The translations under genes and the position numbers were made by a program. The notes under the pieces are model-generated. The model worked only from the letters and a program-made list of their open reading frames with translations. It was not told where the DNA came from and did not search any database. DNA of 64,000 bases from Octopus bimaculoides (taxonomy: Eukaryota): positions 11,216,910 through 11,280,909 of the forward strand of contig NC_068984.1 of NCBI RefSeq assembly GCF_001194135.2. The letters are read 5' to 3'. Below are positions 1 through 48,000 of this stretch, one piece after another. Numbering within the stretch: position 1 is the first letter of the stretch; every line of letters begins with the position of its first letter.

Positions 1-1586
1 GATGTGAATCCCAGACTCTCCCTCAATATGTCAGCAGTATTATTCTTTATTGTCTGTATCTTAGCTGCAAGACCATCATGTCATTAAGCATCTGTTACAA
101 GGAAAATATTAAGTGATTATTTGTGAACTAAGGAAAGTTTACAGTTAGTTACCATTAGGTTTTGGTCAATCTTACTATTGGAATTTCAACCTAATTCTCC
201 TCTTCATCATTATTTATTTAAACCAGCCATATTCGTCTCAAATATTCTGCCTGTTTTATGCTCAAACAGGCCAGGTCTGGCCTCTCACATCTAACCTGCA
301 AAGTCATTCAAAAAATAAACAATCACATCATTGAAGTCTTAAAGCTATGAGATAATGCATAATTAATTCAAAACAAAGTGAATAGATAAGCATTTCATTT
401 GACAGAGTCATCTGAATGCTTGAAGGGTTTAAAATACATCTTTCTATATTGAATGTGATTTCTACTCTAGGCACAAGGCCAGAGGTTTTGTGAGAGAGGG
501 CCAGTCAATTAGATCAGCCCCAGTACGCAACTGGTACTTAATTTTATCAACCCCAAAAGGATGAAAGGCAAAGTCGAGCTTGACTGAGCTTGAACTCAGA
601 ATGTAAAGACAATCGAAATACTGCTAAGCATTTCGTCCAGCTTGCCTGTTAGAAAACTGATTTTGTTATGTTGGAAATGTTGATAATTGTATTGTTGTGG
701 CATTAGAATGAATTCTAACATAAATAAAATGTAACATTTTATCACAAAACAGTGCATGTGCACAGCAAAAGCAAAAACACACAGAGCCTAACATCATGCT
801 CTAATAACCGTGTTTTTTCTATGTTGTTGTTTACTGCTATCTAACAATATTTCTATGAAAGATTTTCTCAGTAGTTTTAATGTAACATACTTATATTACT
901 TACAAGATTGTCCATCTTGGAGCAAAGGGTTTTAGTGTCAGGTACTCTTCTTCTGACAGTCCACACAGTTACAAAAGTTGTTTAGCTTCAGCTCAGTCCT
1001 AAACGAGTAGATCTATGATCAAAGTTATTCCAACCATGACCCAGCCATCTATTTTTCTAGGCAGCATTATCCAATGTATCCAACCTTTTTAAGAAGAGAA
1101 TGATTTAGCTGTATAGAATCTTTCTATCCTTGTTCATATTGAAATATTAGTACAGCTACACAATCTTTGAATTGGAATTTCAAAAAATTAAAGCTTTTTT
1201 GAGGAGAATGTCCACACACTAAAGCTTGTATTTGACACCAGACATGACTCCCACTCAATCCTGCTTATGTTTGAAGTTTTACTTGGGAATGAAAAATACA
1301 CTAGTAATTTTATGAGCTGTCTTTATCTCAGTTCATGTACCAGTTTACTACAATACAAATAAACTGTATTATTGTTTATAGTTTTTATCCTTCTCTGAGA
1401 ATATGAAAATCATCATTATTTAATGTCCATTTTCCATACTTGCATGGGTTGGATAGTTTAACAGGCACTGCCAAGTCAGAAGACTTTGCCGAGTTCTGTC
1501 TGCTTTGGCATTGTTTCTATGGTTGGAGACCCAGTATAATACAAATAAACAGTACTGTCCAATACTTTCACTTGGTTGTGTTTACA

Positions 1587-1870
1587 TCATCATCATCATC
1601 ATCATCGTTTAACGTCTGCTTTCCATGCTAGCATGGGTTGGACGATTTGACTGAGGACTGGTGAAACCGGATGGCAACACCAGGCTCCAATCTAATTTGG
1701 CAGAGTTTCTACAGCTGGATGCCCTTCCTAACGCCAACCACTTAGAGAGTGTAGTGGGTGCTTTTACGTGTCACCCGCACGAAAACGGCCACACTCGAAA
1801 TGGTGTTTTTTATGTGCCACCCGCACAAGAGCCAGTCCAGGGGCACTGGCAACGATCTCGCTCGAGAGTT
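1587..1870 (-). repeat. RTE-LINE 3' tail repeat ending in (GAT)n; many copies in both orientations
   Basis: Near-identical copies at 2680-3010 (-), 32575-32880 (-), 47525-47690 (+), 63570-63675 (+). Diverged copies near 3560, 6200, 7030, 23000, 50960, 51860, 53815, 55200, 55960, 56305, 58340, 59680, 61325. Shared end ccaacccatgctagcatggaaagcggacgttaaacgatgatg. Confidence 0.85.
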
Positions 1871-2097
1871 TGACATATAGGTGTCTTGTTTAATGTGTAT
1901 TTTTACATTATCTTAGAAAGCCTACTTAGCATAATACGTGCAAAAAGAAAAGTCAAAGGAAGAACAAATTGTTCAAAGAAACCAAAAATATTTATCTATC
2001 CCTGTGTATGATTTGTAAACTTTTGATGGATCATCTCAGTTGTTTCTCATCCTATATGTCTGGTATCTAATTTTTTTCTTGCTTTTATCTCTTCCAG

Positions 2098-38085
<35,988 letters not shown>

Positions 38086-38245
38086 AGAGATCCACCATCT
38101 TTACTCTTGTCATGAACTCATCACTGCTGCAGCCGAGTATTTAGAAAAGGGCTGTGACCGGTCGAGGCGACATATTTACGAGAGCTGCCAGCAGCTGTCA
38201 GATGAAACTGGGAGACAGGACAAAAGTCCCTTAACCTTGTTGTGA

Positions 38246-39564
38246 TAAAATATTTCTGTATTGTACAAAAAGCAAAGGAGTTGAATGCAGAAATAGATGA
38301 TAAAAATATGATTATATATAATCAAGAAGTCTTACCACTTACACAAAAAACAAAAAAAATTTACAGACAGAGCTCTAACAATGAATCTTACATATTGTTG
38401 TAAGACATTAAACACACAATTTTATATCAAAATTTTCCTTGAAAACAAAAGGCTCTGGGGATATTTTGTTTATATTTTTTTTTCTTTTAAACAATTTTTT
38501 TTTACTATTTTACATAACAATTTAAAAACAAAATTTTTATTGCATTTATTATTATTATTGTCGTTGTTGTACCTTTTGATGGCTATCAAGGTGTAACAGT
38601 AAGTTCCCTGCGAGTTAAAGTCAATGACAAGATTTCAGTTACCAGCAGGAACTATTTCACTTACATCACCAATGCCCTTGAGAAAGCATGAACATCACAA
38701 CTGTACACTTCCCTTTCTTTATTAATCTGAGGCTTCGTGCCCATATTACTATTATTATTAACCTTGGCCATGTGCCTAAATTAGAAACAATTATTATGAA
38801 TATTATTATTATTAGGGATTGACAGAATCATTAGAGCATCAGACAAAATGCTTTATAGTATTTGTTTGAGCTCTTTGTGTTCTGAGTTCAAATTCTGCTG
38901 AGGTTAACTTTGCCTTTCATCCTTCCAGGGTTGATAAAATAAAGTACCAGTCAAGTACTGGGGTCGTTGGTATCGACCGAACTCTTCTCTCTCTCAAAAT
39001 TGTGGGCCTTGTGCCTAAATCAGATACAATTAATATTATTATGAAATCAATATTGTTTCACCATGTACAAGAAAGAACATGATGAAACAAACAAACATGA
39101 GCAGATATGGTGGTTTTGTATGAATGTATATACCATTTCTGGAGTAGATCTTGTATTTAACTGTATAAACTGCCATTTTGTCCAACTGGTTCAAACCAAC
39201 ATTACACATGGACATAATAGTTTATTGATGATGTGTTTTAGAATCTACCGGAAGTGGACATAGAATCTACCGGAAGTGGACATAGAAAATAATCCTCAGA
39301 TACCAAACTGTATATACGCACATGCAGTCATGAAGGAAATATAAATTTCCTAATTAAATAAGTAATAATTTTTTTTTTTAATGGCTTCAATACTCTCCAT
39401 TTCAACTTAGTTGGTTTTGATTAGTCCTATTTTTGAAATATAACTCATTCTTAAAACTTGTGACTGGAAAATTTTTTTATACACATTTGATGTGTGGATG
39501 TGTGTATACGTGAGTCTATACGTACGTCTGTGTAAAAAGAAGAAAAAAACAGCTGTAAGTACTC

Positions 39565-39607
<43 letters not shown>

Positions 39608-41231
39608 GTAGATATATACAGACAATGTGTGTATTTAATTAAAATTGCTGATGATTTTTTTTTTCCAAATGTAAACATGAATCTATATTTTCATTTAATA
39701 ATACCTGTGCACTGACAATTTAAACCAGTCGACTTATAAGACTGCAATTATTCTATATAATTGAACAATCCAAGTATCAGCTCACTTTTAATTCACCTGA
39801 CCTTTATTAGCTTTCTTACTTGCATACTGGTTGTAAATTCTAAATGTTGACTAATTTTACCCCATTAGAAGTAAGTTTGAAAACAAAATTACTATGTCTG
39901 GTGGTGAAAATATACAAAAAAAAAAAACAACTAAAAAAAACACAAAAAACTACACAGCCTTACATTGAATCTCAAACTGTTTTAATACTAAAATCGAAGG
40001 GTTTTCTCCTTGTTATTTTTAACATAATACCAGTTATTTAAGAAAACATTACTGCTGTAATTTGAACCAGCATTGTGATGATAATGTTCAGCTACAATTC
40101 AAGCCAATATGCTGATATTTAGCATTATGTTGTCAGAGACTTTCTTCAACATCTTGGCTAGAATTTAACATATCAGTATATAAAACAAAAAGAACGCCTA
40201 CTGTTTGAGCTCAATATCAGCAGTATTTAAAACTGGGTGCTGTGCACCTTAAATTTCAAAACAATTGAAGTAATGTTTAATAATCCACTTTGTTTCTTTC
40301 TTTAAATCTTATTCAAAAATTCTGCTGTTATTAAAATATCATTGATAACATTTACATCAAAATCACTGGACAAGTGGTACGAAGGGATAGCAGTGAGTCT
40401 GTTTGACTGGATGGTTCCTATTATTCAATATGACAATAGTACAAACTTAACCTACAAGATGTAGTAGTACCAGAACAGTAGCACTGTAGCATTAGCTCTG
40501 TAGACAAAACTGCTTTAAGTTGAAACATTTTTTTTTTTCCTTCAAACTGAATTATTTCAAAACTTGATAGTAGACCTAAACTTTATTCAACACAAATCAG
40601 CCATATTTTCCCCTTTCACAGAACTCTAAAATTATTGAACATATATATTTAAAAAGGTTTTTTTTTTTGTCATATTTTAATTCCTTATTTTCCCAAATAT
40701 GTATGCTGTCTTTTAATTTGATTTTTGTCCACTTCTGATCATATTAAATTACAAAGAGCCTTCAAAAGCATCAAGGAACAAAAGAAAGGGACGCACCTTT
40801 TTCCTACATCATAATAATCTCTTTATAGTATGACATTTTAGTCTTAAAAAATATTTCATCTTTTCTCCTCCTTTTTATTAAATAATTATAAAAGTTTATT
40901 TCACTATTTCAAACATTATAGATCATATATGACTTCTTATATTATTCATCTCAATCTATAATAATAATAATAATAATAATAATAATTTTCATGAGTTCTA
41001 TGTAATCTTTCTCTTAAAAATATTTGATTCCAAATGCAATCTTAGCCATGAGGAAAGTACCTGCATTCAGAGTTAAGATTTAAAAGAAAAGTGAAAATAA
41101 TTTAATTTGCAACACTATAAAACATATGAGTCCCATCGTTCCAGTACTTTAAACAATCATGTTTTTAATGGCTCATTTCAAATGTGTGTAACTATATATA
41201 TATATAGTGTGTGTATGCATGCATATAAAAC

Positions 41232-41267
<36 letters not shown>

Positions 41268-44200
41268 CGAGAAAAATGTATAGTTAATTATAAGTTGTGT
41301 GTTCAATATTTTGTAGATGCTTTCCTTTTTATGTTTAATTCATCTCCATCAGATGTTTGACGTAAGCCTCAAATTGAAAATAGGTTTGATAAACAAAATA
41401 ATCAAATCGTTGGAAAGATAAAGAAGCTACCAGAATTACAGGTAGAAGAAATGACCGGATATAGTGCACAGCATATTTAATGTATGTGTATATACAATAG
41501 GAATTTTTAAAAATAAGTATGTGTGTGTGTGTGTGTGAAAATAAAAGATTTCATAAATCCTGTATAGATATTGCATGGACATATTCAGAAAATGCTTCTT
41601 GCTTTAAATGGCTTGTGCAAACATTTTTTTTTCTTGTTTATTTAATAACTAGAATGAAATTGTAGGGGTATGAATGATAATTTAAATTGTATTTGTTTCT
41701 TCTTTCTTTTTTTTTTCTGTGTTGTCACTGTGTTGTGACACTTTCATAGCTACAGATTTTTTTATATTGTCAAAAAGAAATACAAATTGTTCTTTAAAAA
41801 ATTTCAACAAAAAGATATCCTCTCTTTAAATTCAATACCAATAAACTTGTCAAAAGGAAAACCCTAAATTAGAACCCTTTTCCTGTTTGAATGTTTTCAT
41901 TGGTTTTTCATGCTGTAGCTTCAGATTGTGTTTCATCAATCGATATGTTTTCCTATTTGAAGTCTTAGAATTTTTCTTGTTTACCATTTTGTTAAAATCA
42001 GATATAAATTGTACAATTAATCTACATTTTTTTTTTTGCGAAAGGAAAACCTTGGCAAAAATGCTAACATGTTTTCTGCTGACAATCGAGAATATATGAT
42101 TCTAGAATTAGCTTTAGTTTGTAAACTGTAGCATTACAAGTGTACTACTGAAAATAAGAGTTTTTTAGGTTGCCAATAATGGCTAAGGGTAGACATTCAT
42201 TTTTTAATTGGAGCTTTTGTTTTAAAAAGTAATTTGTGTATTTTCTGTCAATATAGTTCAAAGAAGACTTTAAAATGTAATTCATGTCTTCTAGTATTTT
42301 TTTTTTTTTTAATTAAAAACATCTTTTCTCTCTAAATGATTTTGAATAACCTTGTTTTGTTCTGTATTAGGTCTACTTTGCTAATTTAATATTCCAAATT
42401 TACAGGATAGAATTAAAGAGCATTGTTCTGCCAAAATACATGTTGCAATAAATTTATAACTTTACTATACAAATATGTATAGTAAAAATTTCCTAAGGGT
42501 TAAATCAAAATGTTATATGGGTTTATTCATATTCTTAAGGAATATTGTAAATTTATTTGCTTAACGGTTTATTTGTTTCTAGTAAATATGCCTTGGTTTT
42601 TGGTCCTTCTCAATTTTACTCATGTAAACCTGGAAAATGGGTGCTAAACAGAAAGTGTGCCAATATGATGGCTCATAAATGCTCTCTGAATACCATAGTT
42701 CTATTCCACTTTGAAAGAATCCATTTTTTTTTCTTTTTGAATTTGGAATTAATTTCATTTATACAGGACACACATAATTTTCTCTCAACTAAGCATTTAT
42801 AACCAGTTTCAGACATTCAAATATTTAATAGCTATGGATAGCTTCAAGTGTACAATTTATTTATTGCTTATCTTAGTACAAACTTAACCAATTGTAGTAA
42901 TATGTACGGTTTTCCTTTCCATGTGCTTTATTCCTTTCATTTCTCTAATTCAGTAGCATGTTGCATTTTTCCTTGTTATTTTGCTGAGATTACACATACC
43001 TGTACACACATATTCTGATGAAGTCCCTCTAAAGCAACAGACTATGGCCCACAAATTCAAACAAAATCAATGTATTGCAATTTACTTTATGAAATTGAAA
43101 TGGAAAAAAAATTAAATAAATAAAAACTTTTGATTTTTATCTGAAACCTATATTTGTGCAGGCGCAAACAAAAATGATTTCAGACAAATTTAGGCAAAAT
43201 AAAAAAATTAAAAAATTAAAAAAAAAAAACACCCCTGAAAGTGAACATTTTTTCTTTTTAAATAATGTCGTCATATCTGGTGTTATGAAGGAAAAACAAT
43301 AAAAGGGAATTTTAATTTATTAATGAGTTTTCCATATTATTATCATCATTATCATCATCATCGTTTTCATCATGTACTGTGTTTATTATTAAGCATTTAA
43401 AAAGAAAAAAAAAAGCAAACTCTTAATAAATTTGTGGGAATTACTTGAAGGTTGGCAAGTCTACTTTGAACTGGTTGGAATCCTCACAAGACAGGAAATG
43501 TTTGTCTTGATGTAAATATACAGCTCCTTTTTTTACATCGACAGATAAATATTTATTACAAAATGGCCATACATTTAATAGCTATGCATGTCGCAAGATA
43601 TTTAAAACAGTCTGGTTGTAATCATATGGTCAGACATTTTTGGCTGCTGGCTATATGACATCACTAATTCTCCTCTATGAAAAATAAACTCATTCTTTAA
43701 ATACCATTTATTTCATGTGATACAAATGCCATTAATTCACCGAATCTGAAAGGAAGAGTTTTATTTGTGTCAGTGTTTTATAGCAATAGGAACTAAATGA
43801 GACATGTTAGATGGGTTAGCGAAGCAAAAAATGAAAAACTGATAACAGGTTCATTATGTACATGCAACCTGGAAAGGGAAGAGATTTTAAATATAGTTTT
43901 TCCCATTTAAACCACTATTCAAGAAGTTAAAGAATTTTTCAATTTATTTTCTAAATCTTCAATAATGCTTCTGTTGATTTTGCAGGCCTTTGTATATAAA
44001 CATTGTTTATTTATCATTAATTTTAAACTTATGGCAAAAGTTATTTAAATTCATCTTTTTTTTTTTTAATCTTAAGATGATTTAAGCAGCTGATCTCTTG
44101 AGATTTGCTATTCCATAAGTTCCCTACATCAATAAACATGTTCTTTTTTTCTCTTTTGTTTTTGTTCTCTTGTTTCCGATCCTCAGCTTTTTATATGCAA

Positions 44201-44932
44201 ATTCAGAGACAATATTCTCATAATACAACAGGAAAGAAAACTATAATAAATTCAGAAATCAACACTTATTGATTTTGTTTTCTTGTTTGACTTAGAGAAT
44301 TTAAAAACACCTTTTTCTTTTTATATTTAGAAAACTATCAAAACCAAGATAAAAAATATTGTCAAATTAGCAGCCATTTCAGTATTGATAGATCCAATAA
44401 AGTATAAACTATTGTATTTCTACACTAAAAGTAATAGTTTTGGATCATTGTGTAAGTAAAATGTAGAAACCTTTACACAATGGTAAAAGACTCACTTTCA
44501 TGTAAAAGGTCTTTAAATGGTATAACAAAAGAATAATCTGCTTGAAGTAGAGACAATATGGAATTGAAAGCACCAAATATTTAATATATGGCTAAAGTAC
44601 ACAGAGCTTTTAGTTAAAATTTCAATCAGAAACTTACTTATTGATTGATTACACTAAAATTCAGAAAGTAAATGTTACATTATAGTTTCTTTTTTAAGGA
44701 CACATTAATTTAGAGTTCTTCCACTAAACGTTTCTCATAATTTGATTATTGAGAAAGCTGACTCGAAACAAAACAGTTTCTTGTAAGAAATATGATCCCA
44801 GAAATGTTATTCTGCCACATAATGCTCTTTACACAATCTTGTAAAGTCATTCCACTTACTCAGAAAACTGTTAAAGTATTAACATAAGAACCTACCTATA
44901 TGCTTCTAGTAGGCAGGTCTGTTTAAAATGTC
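38246..44932. other. Convergent 3' UTR / intergenic zone between MAGI (+) and NitFhit (-)
   Basis: Very AT-rich, almost no TE copies after about 39030, many AATAAA on + (e.g. near 42447, 43115, 43426, 44132) and TTTATT on + (AATAAA on -). Actual poly(A) sites cannot be determined from sequence alone. Confidence 0.55.
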
Positions 44933-45028
44933 CTACGTAAAGTAAGTACGAAGTACTCTGGCCTCTGCTTCCATTTCTTCCTTAGTTCTAAGCTTTAATG
45001 TTTTGCCTTGAACAGGCTTTTCTTGCAG
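44933..45028 (-). CDS. NitFhit: NitFhit terminal exon ([31 protein letters not shown])
   Basis: Acceptor ttttgtttatag|ctg, TAG at 44935-44933; resembles the Fhit C-terminal R-x-x-EEM-x-x-EA-x-x-LR-x-YF helix. Confidence 0.92.
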   Translation of the reverse strand: MQEKPVQGKTLKLRTKEEMEAEARVLRTYFT

Positions 45029-48000
45029 CTATAAACAAAAAAAAATACACACATATACATCTCTGTGTAGAAATATATAACGCAAATTAAATATGAACAT
45101 TTATTTTCATTTCATGTAAAAAAAATTATATCATGCAATTTGAAAAGTTCAAGCAAATTGTAAAAGCAATTCTAATGATATATGTATGCAGGAGATAATG
45201 GTCATGACTGTATGGATATGATATATCCTAGAAGATAAGGTACTGTGAATGGTGAACAACAAGGAAGAGTTTGAAGGAAAACCATGCCTTTGGACATTAG
45301 ACCTGACAGATGAGATGACATAATATACACTAACAACTACAGTATAGCTCAGTGGTTCTCAACCTTTTTTTGCTGAATCCCCTTTGACTCCCATTTTATT
45401 TTACTGGATCCCTGTAACCATTTGAAGTTTTACAAAATCCCATTATATTTTTATAATTAAATATCATAAGGAACTGTATAAAAAAAATTAAAATATTTTG
45501 TGTATTGTTGAAGTATAACTAATTCATTGCATATTAACTAAATCTTATATAGGTACCCAAAGGTCATGAGAACCACTAGTATAGATGTAAGTGGAGGTGC
45601 AATGGTCCAGTGGTTAGGTCAGCGGATCACGGTTTCGTTTCCCAGACCGGGCATTGTGAGTGTTTATTGAGCAAAAACACCTGAAGCTCCACGAGGCTCC
45701 AGCAGGGGGCAGTGGTGAACCCTGTTTTACTCTTTCACTACAACTTTCTCTAACTCTTTCTTCCTGTTTTTTTGTTGTACCTGTATTTCAAAGGGCCAGC
45801 CTTGTAACACTGAATCTCCCTGAGAACTACCTTAAAGGTACACATGTCTGTGGAGTGGTCCGCCACTTGCACGTTAATTTCACGAGGAGGCTGTTCCGTT
45901 GATCGGATCAACTGAAACCCTCGTCGATGTAACCAACGGAGTGCCACGATAGATGCAAGCTTTGAGTGACCATTCTAGCTATCATCACCCAATAAACAAA
46001 ACAAAACAATCTTGTCATTTTCATTCTCTTGATTTTCTTTGTAACTTCATACTTTATCTAATGATATTAGCAATAAGTGAAACATGCTTCAACTTTAAAT
46101 TAAATTCCAGTTTCAGTTCAGCATGAACTGAATTGGTGTTTGCCAGAATAAACACAGTGGATGATAAAGTAGTAGTAGTAGTAGAACTTTTAAAGTGCAC
46201 ACAAGTTATACAAAACCAATGCAAGAGCACTTGATTACTAGTAAATAACACAAATGTAAATTCTTCGGCTTAGATAAGAATGATGGCACAATATGCATTG
46301 GTACACTGATAACAGAGTAGTGGCAAAAATGTAAACGGTAACTCCCATCTCAATTTCAGGTTAAGTTTATCAGAAACTGTACACTGAAGATGTGCTATGC
46401 AGACAGGGATAGCAGATTTGTAAAAAGAACTACTTAAAACAGAGATAACAGAGATATTGTAATTGGCATTTGTTAAGGTCATATTACACAACTAGCAGTA
46501 TCATAAGCTTCATCTTCAATTACACAAAAGGTAAGGTTTTCAGGTGTTTGAGTTGCAAATCTGAAATATTTCAATATTTACATCTGTCAACTGGAGATGG
46601 AGTTTCATTTGGCTTTACTTTGATCAGGAACTCCAATTACACAAATGGTAAAGAAAACAAATAAGGAATGTAGTCCTTAATTCAAATTCTTGGTGTATGT
46701 TTACACTGAGAACAGTTTAGAAATACAGAAATATTCTTCTGAGTTTGAGAACTGCAACAATCTGTGTCAGGGACGGATAGTTTCTTGATAATGTAAGTGG
46801 ATGAATTATATTTTTTTTTAGAGGTGTGGTGGGTGGGGATGGCACTCCAAGACCAATGAAATCAATGTGGTTAATGTCTGAGTAATATGAAGATTAGTTA
46901 CGCTGTGATAAAAGATGGTTTAGTGTAGAGATCTAGACTGTAACTTGCAAAGAGGTTCAATGTTAGACAACATAGCAGAAAAAAATATAAAGGAACAGGC
47001 CATAAAAAAAAACAACAAAACAGGCTTAAAAAGTATAGACAAAAAATAAGAATATATTTAGCCCAAATATTCTACCCGTTTTATGTTCAAATTAGTAAGA
47101 TCTGGTCCTTCACACCAACCCTACAATGTCATTCTAAAAGTAAACAGTTACATGCCTGGTTAATTCAAAACAAAGTGAATAAATAATCATCAAATTTGAG
47201 CGAGTAATCCAAATGTTAAAGATTACACAAAACCCTGTAGGTCTCTAACTAAAAGAGAAGCAGACAACTGATCGAACTCAGCCGAAGTCTTGCACAATTG
47301 TATGTGGAGCCATATTCTAAATAGAATGCAAACTGCTCTGCCAAACTTATCCAAGTTGTAATCCTCAAGACCCAAGTTCTTCCCACGTGTGTCAATTGAA
47401 GTGGCCAAAATGGCCACTTCAATTCAAAATGCAGCATTGAATTTATAAGAACCACAACAAATGGTTTATATGCCAGGATGAACATGTTAACTGGAATGTA
47501 TCTATCTATATAAAAATATTTACTCTCTGAGTGGTTGGCGTTAGGAAGGGCATCCAGCTGTAGAAACTCTGCCAAATTAGATTGGAGCCTGGTGTTGCCA
47601 TCCGGTTTCACCAGTCCTCAGTCAAATCGTCCAACCCATGCTAGCATGGAAGGCGGACGTTAAACGATGATGATGATGATGATGATGAATACATGTCCAG
47701 AGCATTGCACTGTACTCTATGCAATTCATCACAGTATATCAGAGTGTGCAGTATGGTACTGAACACAGTGGACACATGCTATATATAGAATAACAGATAC
47801 ATGGGTTATGCCAAGTTGTTTGACTGACTGTTTATTGTATTTCATAAGCCTGCTCAATCAGAACTGACCTTTAGTTATACAACAAACAAGTGCAGTGGGA
47901 TCTCAAAAAGATTCATAGAAAACCAGGACTTTAGATTATACCATATCAATCAGAGAATTTAGATATAAGAACAGTTCACAAGTTGCAGTTAGTTTCTGTT

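Noticed and set aside
1661-1873. Recurrent ORFs with [11 protein letters not shown] peptides (also 2776, 32656, 47249, 51878, 53841)
   Set aside because: These are antisense translations of the non-coding RTE 3' tail repeat, not a gene family.
46054-46491. Two in-frame minus-strand ORFs separated by one stop; ILAISET on the plus strand
   Set aside because: No recognisable domain or splice structure; the APE-like heptapeptide is not followed by other endonuclease motifs.
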